This document shows, piece after piece, positions 1-10,964 of a stretch of 64,000 bases of DNA. Within the stretch, counting starts at the first letter, position 1. Each line of letters starts with the position of its first letter. The notes beneath the pieces were generated by a model. It worked only from the letters and a program-made list of their open reading frames with translations, made no database searches and was not told where the DNA came from. Made by a program: the position numbers and the translations under genes. The stretch is from Aureliella sp. (GTDB lineage Bacteria; Planctomycetota; Planctomycetia; Pirellulales; Pirellulaceae), in NCBI GenBank assembly GCA_963691875.1, contig OY829846.1, positions 1,248,001 through 1,312,000 of the forward strand, given 5' to 3'.

Positions 1-1
1 C

Positions 2-484
2 ATGTGCCTGTGGTACGCTGCCGGCATGACTCTCGTGCTTCTAGGTGTACACAATGAAACAGCGGAGACCACTAACTGGAAACTACTACAAGAAATCGTT
101 CTTGGATTTTGCTTCTCAGCCATCCCTATCTTCGGGGTAGGCCTCTGCACGCTCAGTCGTGTGCGTTATTCCGTCGCCGTTGGTTTGCTGCTCACGTGCG
201 CGCATGCGGCTTTTATGGTTGGTGTGTATGTAGGAGCGATCCGGCTTGAGGTTGCAGGCCCGCTAGCGCCGCTGCACGCTTTATTACTGATTACAGCGGT
301 CATTTCATTCGTTTTATACGGACTCGCTTTTTGTAATCTGCTGACACGACGGAGGACTATCCTGCCAATTGCCGAGCCCAAAGCCAACGTCTACCCGTCA
401 ACACGCACGCCATCTCGAAGCACTGTCGTCGAAACTCTACCTCCTGCGTCTGAGAAGCAGACTTCCCAACCCACCAATCAGTAG
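2..484 (+). CDS. Hypothetical membrane protein, probably 5'-truncated by the window edge
   Basis: About four hydrophobic segments; the 3' end overlaps the convergent PEP-CTERM gene by 48 nt. Confidence 0.45.
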   Translation: MCLWYAAGMTLVLLGVHNETAETTNWKLLQEIVLGFCFSAIPIFGVGLCTLSRVRYSVAVGLLLTCAHAAFMVGVYVGAIRLEVAGPLAPLHALLLITAVISFVLYGLAFCNLLTRRRTILPIAEPKANVYPSTRTPSRSTVVETLPPASEKQTSQPTNQ

Positions 485-1480
485 CAATGCAGCGGATGGC
501 TCAGGAACGGCATTGCTCTGTTGATTGAAGTGCCAGTTTGCACCTGGGTCAAAGAAAACACCTTGATTAATCATCCTGATGTGACCAGTTGCTCCGCTAA
601 TGAATTGCCCACTGTTTCGCGAAAAAGCGAATCCACCTGTGCTGTCGTTAATCACGATATCGGCGTTTGTCGTGATTCCTGCGTACCTGAGTTCCAGAAC
701 GTAGTCGTCGGCCGTCCCAGCAATCTCATCCAACCCTGATTCTCCGTAGCGAATACCTGCTACGTCATCTGCGGTCAGGGTTCGTTGGAGCTCGTTTGAA
801 AACTGCCCCTGCTGCATCACAGCTTCTGTATTCGCCAGTGAAAACAACTGATTGGCAACCGTTCGGTCACCATTGGTCGAGAACAGGTCACCCGTAGGAA
901 GATCGACAAAATCTCTGCTATACGTCGTTGAATCAACAACACTTGCCAAAGTGAAGGGGTTATTGTCGGCGGTTTTGAACCAATTCAGATTGTCGTCATC
1001 GCCTCGAATGTCATCCGCCGAACCGATGACTCCATCGGCACCAGCGTTGAGATCGAAATTGTTGTTGGCGCCGTTGGTAGCTTTCGTGTAGTTCCGCTGC
1101 GAACTTGGCAGTTGGCTTTCCGTCACGGCGTTCACGTGAGCCAGTCCCAGAGAATGCCCGACTTCGTGTAACAATGTGGATTCAAAATCGACTTGTCCGG
1201 ACAATGAAACAAATTCTAGGTTGCCAGTAGTCGCGGCCTTATTATTGATTGTCCGAACAACGTTCTGAGCCGAAACCACCATTTGACTTGCATTGGTAGT
1301 ACCTGGATTGATCCCAAGTGTGACCACCAGTGTCCCGCCTGTTCCAACGTAGCCTTGAGGGTGGCTCACAACGTCTAAACCATTCGTTTCACCTGCAAAA
1401 ATGTAGGCGAAGGCGGAAGCGTTTTTGGCTCCCGATAGGACCAAGCTAACTGCAACCAGGACAGCCAAACTGCGAAACAT
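437..1480 (-). CDS. Secreted metzincin (matrixin/M10-like) metalloprotease with PEP-CTERM sorting signal
   Basis: Signal peptide, HEVGHSLGLAH zinc motif (HExxHxxGxxH), Met-turn EAVM, C-terminal VPEPS-hydrophobic-RRRR. Confidence 0.88.
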   Translation of the reverse strand: MFRSLAVLVAVSLVLSGAKNASAFAYIFAGETNGLDVVSHPQGYVGTGGTLVVTLGINPGTTNASQMVVSAQNVVRTINNKAATTGNLEFVSLSGQVDFESTLLHEVGHSLGLAHVNAVTESQLPSSQRNYTKATNGANNNFDLNAGADGVIGSADDIRGDDDNLNWFKTADNNPFTLASVVDSTTYSRDFVDLPTGDLFSTNGDRTVANQLFSLANTEAVMQQGQFSNELQRTLTADDVAGIRYGESGLDEIAGTADDYVLELRYAGITTNADIVINDSTGGFAFSRNSGQFISGATGHIRMINQGVFFDPGANWHFNQQSNAVPEPSAALLLIGGLGSLLLRRRR

Positions 1481-2041
1481 TTCGCATCTCGCAAGAAAAG
1501 ATAAAGAAATAGGAATGTTTTCAGACTAACTCGAATACATCCTTTTCCTAGAAATTCTCCCCAATCCCGGTAGCTTTTCAATCGTTTTGGAGTCGCAGAA
1601 CGCACAACCGGAAGCCCGCACCCTAAATATGACTAGACCGCTGGTGGCCCTGGCATCAACCACCATTCCGATCGTTAGCCGGTCTGCAGCTGCCGCTCAG
1701 GCTCTGCCGCCTCGCGTTTTGGCACTAGTCCAAATCCTCGTTTTGCTGAGATTGGCTGTGGTGAAGTGCTTCACGTACTCAGCTCACGCAGCGTTTCACA
1801 AAGTGCTGCCTGCGAACTCCCAATTCTGTTTGAAACGCGACCGATCGGCTCTTACTCTCACAACCTGCCATAGCGACGTTTGTGCCTTTAAAACCGAACG
1901 ATGAGTTCTTCAACCGGACCGTTACAGTTGCATGTTCTTCTCAGAATCGGCTGCCAATCGTTTCTCGACCTCAACCTTAACGACATCGTTTTTGCCTATT
2001 CGAAATACTCTTCTCACCTTCCAGCCAGTTACGAATTCAAA

Positions 2042-2532
2042 ATGACTAGTGACAAGATCCTAGCCTTTAGAAATGATGACCACCAACCTAGTGACGCCTG
2101 CTCCACAGTTGGACGTATTTGCGGCGATTGATATTTTGCCTAAAAAAACGGATCTCCGGTGCGCCAGTTGTCGATAGCGACAGAAAGTTTCTTAGCATTT
2201 TCTCCAAGGGTTCGTCTCTGAGAGTCATCATCAATGCAGCCTACGTGAACTTGCCAGATGCTGGCCTAATACCTTTCGTCGATAGACATCCGCCCACCAT
2301 AACCCCTGGCACTGACCTGCTGACTATTTGCCAGACATTCCTAGACCAAGCGACTTGTCGTCTTTCCGTAATTGAGCATCGACAATTGCAGGGGATGGTC
2401 AGCCGTCGTGATCTGATGAGATGCGTCAGACAAAGTGTGCCGGAGAAACGATGTGGTCATGCCGAGCTACTTTACCTCTCAGCGTTAAACGATCTATCCA
2501 AAGAATCCGTCGGACTCAAAATCGCTCACTAG
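2042..2532 (+). pseudogene. CBS-domain protein disrupted by two single-base insertions
   Basis: Removing one T at 2066-2068 and one A from the A7 run at 2142-2148 gives MTSDKILALEMMTTNLVTPAPQLDVFAAIDILPKKRISGAPVVD..., a CBS pair. Confidence 0.7.
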
Positions 2533-2563
2533 CTGAGCACCATCACCATTACCGCTCTGCCTT

Positions 2564-3370
2564 CTAACAAAGATCGATACTGAGCCCATCGTAGGCCAAG
2601 TTCACGCCAGCTGGTAGCTCGGCATTGCACCGATCGTAGTCTAGGTCATGTGAAATATGAGTTAGATATGCTTGCTTGGGCGAAACCCGCTCAACGGCCG
2701 CAAGTGCCTGTTCAACATTAAAATGAGTTGGATGTGGCTCGCGTCGCAGAGCGTCCACAATGAAGATCTCGACTCCACTTAGAATGTCGAAGCCTTCATC
2801 GGGAATGAAATTGGTGTCGGTGCAGTAAGCGAGATTCCCAAAACGAAAACCAAGTACCTCGTATTTTGGACCATGCTGCATCCGAATTGGCTGCACAATC
2901 GCGCCCAGAATCGAAAATGGCTCCAAACCAATACGTTCGAATTCCAGTGATGGGGTCGCGCCCGCGTGCGTCTGCGGTCCCTTCCGGAAGGCATAGTCGA
3001 AACTGTGGCGGATGCGCGACTCCACATTCTCTTCACAAAACAACGGAACGGGTGCCTCGAGTCGGAAAGGAAATAGGCGCAGGTCATCTAAGCCAAAAAT
3101 GTGATCGGCATGTTCGTGCGTGTACAGAACGGAATGCACGATGCCGATATCCTCTCGCAGCAATTGAGTGCGTAAATCGGGCGAAGTGTCGATCAGCAGA
3201 TTACCCTCTGGAAGACCGAGGATAGCCGAGGAGCGGGTGCGTTTGTTTCTCGGATGCGTACTTCGACAAACCTGACATGAGCACCCAATCGCTGGAACTC
3301 CGACGGACGTGCCAGTACCGAGAAAAATAAACTTGCCGCTGATATCGCGTGAATAAAACTCGTTGGGCAA
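2564..3370 (-). CDS. MBL-fold metallo-hydrolase (PhnP-like phosphodiesterase)
   Basis: FLGTGTSVGVPAIGCSCQVC N-terminus, THEHADH motif, AYCTD, THISH; TTG start at 3370 assumed (ORF open to 3397). Confidence 0.9.
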   Translation of the reverse strand: MPNEFYSRDISGKFIFLGTGTSVGVPAIGCSCQVCRSTHPRNKRTRSSAILGLPEGNLLIDTSPDLRTQLLREDIGIVHSVLYTHEHADHIFGLDDLRLFPFRLEAPVPLFCEENVESRIRHSFDYAFRKGPQTHAGATPSLEFERIGLEPFSILGAIVQPIRMQHGPKYEVLGFRFGNLAYCTDTNFIPDEGFDILSGVEIFIVDALRREPHPTHFNVEQALAAVERVSPKQAYLTHISHDLDYDRCNAELPAGVNLAYDGLSIDLC

Positions 3371-3435
3371 AATTCTTCGTTCGCAAAATGAAAACAAAAA
3401 CCAAAAGCAAGAATCGAGGTACCTTCGCCACCAAA

Positions 3436-4389
3436 CTAGCTATCGTCGTCCAGGTCGCCATCAAAATCGGGATGTAATGGATCATCGGGATCAAAAAAGA
3501 AATCCCCAAGACCTAACGGCAGGGCATTGCCGCCAAGATCCTGGCTCTTCCGCTGAGCAAGTGCTTCGAGATCTACAGCATCCTCCCCAAGGCAGTGCTC
3601 TAGCGCTTCGCGCCATGCAACATCTTTTGCAATTGGATGTTCTTTATTCTGAGCAAGCCGCTTGATGGCGAATCGAAGCAAGTTGAGACCATCACGAGCA
3701 GAAAAATCGAGCTTCAACTCATGAGACCGCTGGAGAAATTCTACGGTCATCGCCAACATCTCAGGTTCCGCGAAAGGTAAATGGTACTGTAGAATCGCTA
3801 GCTCGTCTTGGCGATTGGGAAATCCGAGTGGCAGAGTGGGCTGCAAGCGACTCAAAATGTAGTCGGGGATCTCGTAGGTCGAGTCATCTTGGTTCATCGT
3901 CACGGCGCAACGGAAGTCTGGATGAGCGGGGATGGAGATGCCCGCCACAATAGACTCAACGTACCGACGTTGGTCGAACAACGGTGCCAGACTCGCCCAC
4001 GATTTCTCGTTCATACGATTGCCCTCGTCCAGCACGCAGACAGCGCCACGAATCATCGCGGTGACGAGAGGAGAAGCGTGATAAGCAATCTTACCGGCAC
4101 CACTGAGTACAGGAGTGATCAGTAGATCTTCAGGACGAGTGTCTGCTGTGCATTGGAAGACATAAAGTTCCTGATCGCGTATAGAAGCCGCGGACATGGC
4201 CAATGCCGTTTTCCCGATTCCAGGGACTCCCACCAGCCGCGGAGTAAGCGGCATGTCCTTGTCGTCGACTACAATCCAGCACGCAAGAAGTTGTTTCAGC
4301 ACCTCGCGTTGGCCAATCCATTCGGCCTCATTATCCATGGGTGCTCCCAGATTCAGGGAAACACCTTCGATCATCACGCTTTCGGTCAT
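3436..4389 (-). CDS. MoxR-like AAA+ ATPase
   Basis: Walker A GVPGIGKT, Walker [17 protein letters not shown] sensor region; start MTESV assumed. Confidence 0.85.
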   Translation of the reverse strand: MTESVMIEGVSLNLGAPMDNEAEWIGQREVLKQLLACWIVVDDKDMPLTPRLVGVPGIGKTALAMSAASIRDQELYVFQCTADTRPEDLLITPVLSGAGKIAYHASPLVTAMIRGAVCVLDEGNRMNEKSWASLAPLFDQRRYVESIVAGISIPAHPDFRCAVTMNQDDSTYEIPDYILSRLQPTLPLGFPNRQDELAILQYHLPFAEPEMLAMTVEFLQRSHELKLDFSARDGLNLLRFAIKRLAQNKEHPIAKDVAWREALEHCLGEDAVDLEALAQRKSQDLGGNALPLGLGDFFFDPDDPLHPDFDGDLDDDS

Positions 4390-5553
4390 TCTGCCAGCAT
4401 CAGGTGGAGGTCGAGCACTCTCTTGAGACTCCTGTTTAGCACGAGTCCACCGAGAATGCCTCATCTGGGTAGGAAGCCATTCACCATGGCGGTCGTAATA
4501 GTAAGCGGTTTTCATCAACCCGCAGGTCTCAATCTAGCCGTTCTTTTATCGTACGCCAACCCACCGCCGCGTTGCAGGAACTGCAGTTCGGACAGAAACC
4601 TGTGCCAATGGCTGGAGCAGTTTAAAACCGACAGTTACTTTTCGCAGAAAAGGGTAAGTCGAACGCTTACTCCCAACAAACATTCCCTCGCATCTGATCT
4701 GCTTTTACGCCAATGGAAAGCAACAATCACTGACAAGCTGGCCCGCCGGTTTCCCGTTTGCGAATTCGTCGGTCGGTTTTTCGAGAAAGCTGGCAGTAAA
4801 TTACCAGGCACGCCAGCGGAAGACTTCAGGACTGCGAGCATGCAGCGTAGTCCTGCCCATTCTTTCAAACGGCCTTGAAATACCCAGTTATCACGTTTCC
4901 CATGCCCATATGGCAAAACTCCGATTCCTTTTTTGCCCGGCCCTTGCTTAGGGAAGGAGAGGTATTTCGTTACGTGTCTTCCATCGATTCCTTCAAGTGC
5001 CCCTCATCCAGAACGAACTTACTTGTTGGGACGCTTTCCTGTTGCGACCGCACACGTGCATCGGCGAGAAAATGTCGGATCGCTCCACAACAAGTGCATT
5101 TTCAATTGGAGGCAAGCAACCTGAAACGCGCTGTAGCCTGTTTCCCATCACCGCGAAACTCGGTTGGCATTTCGAAGGTGATAACTCTTGATGCTCCCAC
5201 CAGACCTTTGAGCGATTCTCGCTTACTTTTTGCGATGTTCAGATGCACCATTTCGTCCTAAAGCTAAAATCCAACAATTTGCAACGCACCTTTACACCCG
5301 TGGAAAATGAGAATCGCTGACGCGGCCGCGGATGGAAAGGTAAGTTTCGAACACAGCCAACGGGACGCCTGCTCGCCTTCGCCGTTAATCGCCTGCTTCA
5401 TCCCAACGACCTTGAGCCCCATAGACACAAGTCAAACCATATTTTGTTTGACTTTGACAATCGAATTGACACAAGCGATTCCATGGATCGTGCCGATCAT
5501 AGAAGACGAGCCTCACAGCCAGGCTAGCATTCAACAAGCGGAGGGTCGTTGCG

Positions 5554-6288
5554 ATGTCTTTGAAAAACAGCTTTAGCACACTCAATCCAAGAGTGGGTAA
5601 AGACAATCAATCGGGCCGTGAAAAATGGCTAGAAGAGACGCTAGGCAACATTCCGGCGGGTTCTCGCATCTTGGATGCTGGAGCCGGCACGCAACAATAT
5701 CGCAGATTCTGCGAGCACCTAGACTATGTCTCGCAGGATTTCGCCGAGTACGACGGCCAAGGTGATGCTGCCGGATTACATACCGGAGATTTCGACTACG
5801 GCAGCCTCGACATTGTTTGCGACATTACGTCCATTCCGGAAGCAGATTCGTCATTTGATGCCATCATGTGCACCGAAGTGTTGGAGCACGTCCCGGACCC
5901 GAACGCAGCCCTGACTGAACTTGCTCGGCTTCTGCGACCAGGCGGAACACTGGTCATCACAGCACCATTTTGTTCACTCACCCACTTTTCTCCTTACCAC
6001 TTTTCGACGGGTTTCAACCGCTACTGGTACAAAACTCAGTTGGAGCAAAACAATTTGGTGGTGGAGAAGATGGAGACCAATGGCAACTACTTCGAATACA
6101 TCGCACAAGAAGTAAAGCGAATCCGTCCTACGGCAAAATCCTATACCAAAAGCAAACCACGCCTGTACGAGAAACTGGCGATGCATATTGTGAATCGGAT
6201 GTTGCATCGATTCAGCCACCGGGACCAGGGCTCCGATCAATTGCTTTGCTATGGATATCATGTCGCAGCGACCAAACGTGCGGCCTGA
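5554..6288 (+). CDS. Class I SAM-dependent methyltransferase (Methyltransf_11-like)
   Basis: ILDAGAG motif I, FDAIMCTEVLEHV, LRPGG. Confidence 0.9.
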   Translation: MSLKNSFSTLNPRVGKDNQSGREKWLEETLGNIPAGSRILDAGAGTQQYRRFCEHLDYVSQDFAEYDGQGDAAGLHTGDFDYGSLDIVCDITSIPEADSSFDAIMCTEVLEHVPDPNAALTELARLLRPGGTLVITAPFCSLTHFSPYHFSTGFNRYWYKTQLEQNNLVVEKMETNGNYFEYIAQEVKRIRPTAKSYTKSKPRLYEKLAMHIVNRMLHRFSHRDQGSDQLLCYGYHVAATKRAA

Positions 6289-6844
6289 GGGTGATTGGTT
6301 TCCAACCAATAAGCTTGAGACAATCTGACGAATAGGCGTCGTTCACCCGAACAATTCGTTGTGTTGCCAGAATTTCGCCACAATTCTCTTGATCAGTGCT
6401 TTGGGGCGGCTTTTCCAATCTTCTACCAAGCTTTCGCCGCTTGCCCCGCCATAGAGATTGCTGCAAGTATGGCGAAACTGCGCACCTGTCTGATGCAATT
6501 GCATTCTTAGCGTTGCACGTGAGATTTTACCTCCCTAAAGTGAAGTCTTGCGTTTCTTGACGCTGACCTGCGAAGCTCCCTCTCTCCGCAGCGAAAACAC
6601 AAGAGGACCATTCGAACTTAGTAAGTTTTTACGAAGTCCTTTATGGCAGCTTTCACCGGGCCAAAACATCCTCTCCGAGGTGACAACGAATTTCACCAAA
6701 TTTTCGCCTGATCCATGAGTTTCGGTTCTGCATCAGTAACGAAGTAGAACCGTTTGAATCTCCGATCCCATCAATCCACCACAAAAGATTGTTTGCCCCA
6801 AAATTTGTTGACTGTTTTTTTATTTGTTTCTTGAAGAGGTTTCT

Positions 6845-7882
6845 ATGACAAAGCGTTATGTTTCAAATCGCGATTCCTGTAGGAGTCGCGAGGGTTTCAC
6901 TTTGGTGGAACTACTCGTAGTGATTGCCATAATTGGCATTCTGGTTGGCTTGCTGTTGCCAGCGGTTCAAGCGGCTCGTGAGGCTGCTCGACGCATGCAG
7001 TGCCAGAACAATCTCAAGCAGATTAGTTTGGCATCGTTGAATTTCGAGTCTGCGTACAAGCGACTTCCCCCAGGTTACATGGGCCCAAGACGGGACAATC
7101 CGTACGCCTGGCCTGGAGGCCGTGACCAATGGTACGGCGTGTTCATTTATCTCTTCCCGTTCATGGAGATGAACAACATCTACAACCAGTTCCCGACGCA
7201 CCTCTTGCGTATCGACCGATTTGCTGAGTCTGGCGAAGACCTTCGTTGGTTTAGGACTCTCCCAGCAGGCACTCTGCAGAATGCACAGCAACCTTGGCTG
7301 CTTTCTCAATTCAACATCCCGACGCTCGTTTGTCCTTCGGACGGCAAAGGACCGGTAATCGTTAATTCGCGAGCTCACATCCGAGCAAGCAGCCCGACGA
7401 GTACTGGCGTGACCCAAACAACCTGGAGCGGCTCCAGCGCTGGCTGGGCTGCGAGAGCCGACAGTGGACGGACAACCTATTTGGGAATGCATGGTCGACC
7501 TGACGTTGAGTCCAACAAGTGGCAAAGGATTTACCGTAATCGCTCTGAAACAAAGCTGGCTGAAATCACTGACGACACATCAAACACGCTTGCCTTCGGT
7601 GAGTCTCATGGTGGAAAGAGAACAACTGGTTTGGTACAAGGTGATCGCACTTGGTTGTGGATTTCTGCTCCAACGTTGACGGCTTCACTTTCAACTAGCT
7701 CCCACTGGAAATTGGGGTCTCAGAACTCACATTGCGCTTACAACAGTTTCCATACTGGAATCGTACAGTTTGCTCGAGCTGATGGGTCAGTCTTCTCACT
7801 TAGTGAGAACATTGATCGCTTTGAATGGCGTAGGCTCTGCGCAATGGGCGACAACGAAGTCCTAGAAGGTGACTACCAATGA
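6845..7882 (+). CDS. DUF1559 prepilin-type N-terminal cleavage/methylation protein
   Basis: GFTLVELLVVIAIIGILVGLLLPAVQAAREAARRMQCQNNLKQ; C-terminal H-X9-DG (HTGIVQFARADG). Confidence 0.95.
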   Translation: MTKRYVSNRDSCRSREGFTLVELLVVIAIIGILVGLLLPAVQAAREAARRMQCQNNLKQISLASLNFESAYKRLPPGYMGPRRDNPYAWPGGRDQWYGVFIYLFPFMEMNNIYNQFPTHLLRIDRFAESGEDLRWFRTLPAGTLQNAQQPWLLSQFNIPTLVCPSDGKGPVIVNSRAHIRASSPTSTGVTQTTWSGSSAGWAARADSGRTTYLGMHGRPDVESNKWQRIYRNRSETKLAEITDDTSNTLAFGESHGGKRTTGLVQGDRTWLWISAPTLTASLSTSSHWKLGSQNSHCAYNSFHTGIVQFARADGSVFSLSENIDRFEWRRLCAMGDNEVLEGDYQ

Positions 7883-8017
7883 CGTTGACTCGCATGATGA
7901 ACAGCAAACGGACTAAGCCTACTGCCGCTAGTCGGCAAACGGACTAGGCTAGATTTACCTCCCTCTCCGGTACCGATGTGCCGGCGAGTTTTTTGCATAC
8001 GTGACACACTTTTTTGA

Positions 8018-8200
8018 ATGGTCGAAGATGAAGAAACTTGGCTTAACTGCATTGTGTTGTTTTTTCTGCTCGCTCCAATTTCTCTCACTGGTTGCGGTGG
8101 AAGCAAGGAAGCCAGCATGCCTGATAATGTCGTAGCGGATCCACCGGCGGACGACTCGGCAGAAGAAGGCGCAGGAAACGCGGAAGAGGAAGAAGGCTAA
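8018..8200 (+). CDS. Small acidic lipoprotein accompanying the DUF1559 gene, possibly frameshifted in its signal peptide
   Basis: Lipobox LTGC followed by GGSK and an acidic tail; a better start MKKLG at 8028 is out of frame across a T6 run. Confidence 0.6.
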   Translation: MVEDEETWLNCIVLFFLLAPISLTGCGGSKEASMPDNVVADPPADDSAEEGAGNAEEEEG

Positions 8201-8820
8201 CCCAATCAGTCGTACGAGACCCAAGCTGCACGCCGCCCGGCAGTTATAAGCTCCAGGCGTTGGACTACCTTACTGAACTCTCGTTGCACACTTCTCCTGC
8301 CAGAGAAATAGAGCAAAGACCTTTTGGATCGAGATTCATCGAATACAAAGGGTCTTTTCTTTTGGTTTCACGCCATTCCAGACGGCTCGACTTTATTGCT
8401 CGTTTCACCCAGCAAGCAACACGCGGACTGCGGAACCAACGCCAAATAAACCAAGCACACCTGCTACCACAAGGCAGGGAAGGATGGGCAGCGATCGCGA
8501 GCGCAATATGCCGCTGTCAGCCGCTAGGAAAAATCGACAAACCGAGCATCCAAGCGCGATCCTCCAGTTCAAAACCCAACCCAAGAAGATGGATAACGCG
8601 GTGAGCTGGCTATCTCGTGCCACATGCAAGAAAAAACCGTAAAGAGGAGTCGACGCATTCACAGAATGCAAAGGCTGGAAATTCCATTCTTGCTCCCGAT
8701 CTCTGAACTATCGGCCTTTCAAATTCCGTTTGGGATCCGGCGATGGGTTTGGGACTCTCGTTTGCCATGTCCTCTCCCCCAAGATCGCTGCCCTTAGTTA
8801 CAAATACCGGACTGCGCAGC

Positions 8821-9894
8821 CTAAGACTTGGTAGCGGGCAAAACCTGCTCAAAAAACCGAAACCAGTTACCGTGCATGATGCCGCAGATATCTTCTGAGG
8901 AGTAGCCTCGCCGATCCAATAATTCGGGAATGATCTGCAAGTCGGAAATACGATCTAAGTCTCGTGGAGTCTGCTCAGCACCGTACCCGCCATCCAGGTC
9001 ACTACCAATTCCGACTTGAGTTGCGTTGCCAGCGAGCTGGCAGACGATGTCAATGTTCTCAACAGCAGTCTCGATGGTGGCCAACAATTCGGACTCGCGC
9101 CTAACGTAACCTTCTTGAAGCATGATGATGTCAAACGCGATACCGACGACTCCACCGCGAGCGAGAACCGCTTTGTACTGCTCGTCACTAAACTGCCTCT
9201 GCCAATTCGCAAGCCGCCTCGAATTCTGATGGCTCGCATGTACAGGCCCGTCGAACCAGTCCAACGCTTGCGGAAATGCGTTATCGGACAAATGTGTCAG
9301 ATCAAGCGTCATTCCAAGCTTGGAGATCTTCTGCAACAACCGCTTCGCCTTGGGCTCAAGACCGCGCCGACTGTTCGTCCCTCCACCGTAACGATTGTCA
9401 CCATAATGAGTGAGTCCTATCGCTCGTAGGCCATGCGAATAGAATTCCTCGATCGCTTCCGGTGTAAGTAGAGGATCAGCTCCTTCCATCGTGAGAATGA
9501 AGCCGAGCGGTGCCGTGCCACCGTCAGACTCAACTTGCCTTCTGTGATATAGCAAATCTTCGTTATTGCGCAGGATGCGAAGATGGCCTCCTTTCTCAAG
9601 AGCTCGATAGTAGGCGAGATGTGCGTGGGCCATGGCGTAGCAAGTGTGCTCGCTAGTCCAACCAAAGCTGTGGTTGATCTGAGGTTCCTGCCGCGCCAGA
9701 AGCGTCGCCAAACAAGTTTTCACTTGGGCTGACTCCAGCTCAGGCAAACTCACCGTGTTGGTGGCGCGGCCAGCTTGATCTTGCATGCCCAGATTACGTT
9801 CCTCGGCACGAATCTCGTCTACGGATTTTCGCAGATCTCGATTCCAGTCCACTCCGTTGAGTCCTAGATCAAGATGAGCGTCGAAAATATGCAT
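8821..9894 (-). CDS. Membrane dipeptidase (peptidase M19)
   Basis: IFDAHLD, MEGAD, DLTH, ASHQN, GIGSDLDG motifs. Confidence 0.9.
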   Translation of the reverse strand: MHIFDAHLDLGLNGVDWNRDLRKSVDEIRAEERNLGMQDQAGRATNTVSLPELESAQVKTCLATLLARQEPQINHSFGWTSEHTCYAMAHAHLAYYRALEKGGHLRILRNNEDLLYHRRQVESDGGTAPLGFILTMEGADPLLTPEAIEEFYSHGLRAIGLTHYGDNRYGGGTNSRRGLEPKAKRLLQKISKLGMTLDLTHLSDNAFPQALDWFDGPVHASHQNSRRLANWQRQFSDEQYKAVLARGGVVGIAFDIIMLQEGYVRRESELLATIETAVENIDIVCQLAGNATQVGIGSDLDGGYGAEQTPRDLDRISDLQIIPELLDRRGYSSEDICGIMHGNWFRFFEQVLPATKS

Positions 9895-10055
9895 GATTCC
9901 CCGCTTTTATGAAGCTTGCCGAACATTGAGACTTTGCCTGCTCAGGATCTTCGATACGATACGTCACCTCTGGCTGCAATGAAAGTATGCCGAAGACTGG
10001 ATAGCGCACGCAGTACAGAGGCGACTCGCAGATCGACGAATAAAACGCCTCCTAG

Positions 10056-10472
10056 ATGCCCAAGACAGGACCAATTCCGATGGCAATGAACACTGAGTTA
10101 GGACAACAAATCGCAGATGCAGCGGATCAAGAAGATGTCGTCGTCATTGAAAGCCTGCTACGTGGAAACGAGCTGATTGTCTTGCAGCAGACGACAGACG
10201 AAAATGGCGAGCCTCTCGAAGAGGAAGGGGATCTCAGTGTCGTTCTCGCGGAATTGGACGATGAAGTCGCGGTGATCAGCTTTACTGATATTCATTTCGC
10301 AGAAAAATTCACGGAGGTCTTTGCGGACAAGATGGAGGAAGACAGTCCACAAATCGTTGTCACTGGCGACTCCTTGATGGACGGTCTGCCAAATGAATGC
10401 GGCTTGTTGGTGAATCCAGGAAGTGAGCAAGAATGTTTCTTTCCGCCCGGCACTTTTGCTACTGCAGAATAA
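10056..10472 (+). CDS. SseB-family N-terminal domain protein
   Basis: Acidic ~135 aa with V-x-x-FT and GLLVNPGS motifs. Confidence 0.65.
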   Translation: MPKTGPIPMAMNTELGQQIADAADQEDVVVIESLLRGNELIVLQQTTDENGEPLEEEGDLSVVLAELDDEVAVISFTDIHFAEKFTEVFADKMEEDSPQIVVTGDSLMDGLPNECGLLVNPGSEQECFFPPGTFATAE

Positions 10473-10700
10473 TCAAGCCTTTTGCTGCAAGCTACGAATA
10501 TAGTCGGCCAGCTCCTGAACTGTCTCGAGACTGAAGATGGTTTCGTTCATCTTTATCCCGAATTCCTTCTCTAGTTCAACGGTAAGTTCCGCCATTCCTA
10601 TGGAGTCTGCGCCAACATAGGTTAGTCCGTCGGTTAGCGTTGGAGATGAGCCAAACTTTTGGCGAATCTTCGTTAGCAGGATTTCTTCAATCGATTCCAT
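10473..10700 (-). CDS. Acyl carrier protein
   Basis: 75 aa, GADSI phosphopantetheine site, LEKEFGI, TVQELADYI. Confidence 0.85.
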   Translation of the reverse strand: MESIEEILLTKIRQKFGSSPTLTDGLTYVGADSIGMAELTVELEKEFGIKMNETIFSLETVQELADYIRSLQQKA

Positions 10701-10964
10701 TTCGATATCCTTAACGCAGGAATGCTACAAGAGCTTCTTGTTCTCTAGCCGAACTCAAGCGAGGCAGAGGCGGCGTGAACCAAGAAACACCCGCCCATAC
10801 GAGCGATAACTACCGCGTCGGCTCACCGATTAAACCTTGAACCGCCCTGATCCTTGAACCACGGAATTCTAAGTGACTTGACTCTCTATTGTAAGACGGA
10901 GTAGCGAGCTATGTTACGCAATATCGCGTTGAAAAGAACCCGAACGCGTGGATGAAAAGTCCCG

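Noticed and set aside
4153..5606. ORFs 4153-4878, 4875-5261, 5307-5576 and 5385-5606
   Set aside because: No recognisable motifs, atypical composition, mutually overlapping or antisense to real genes
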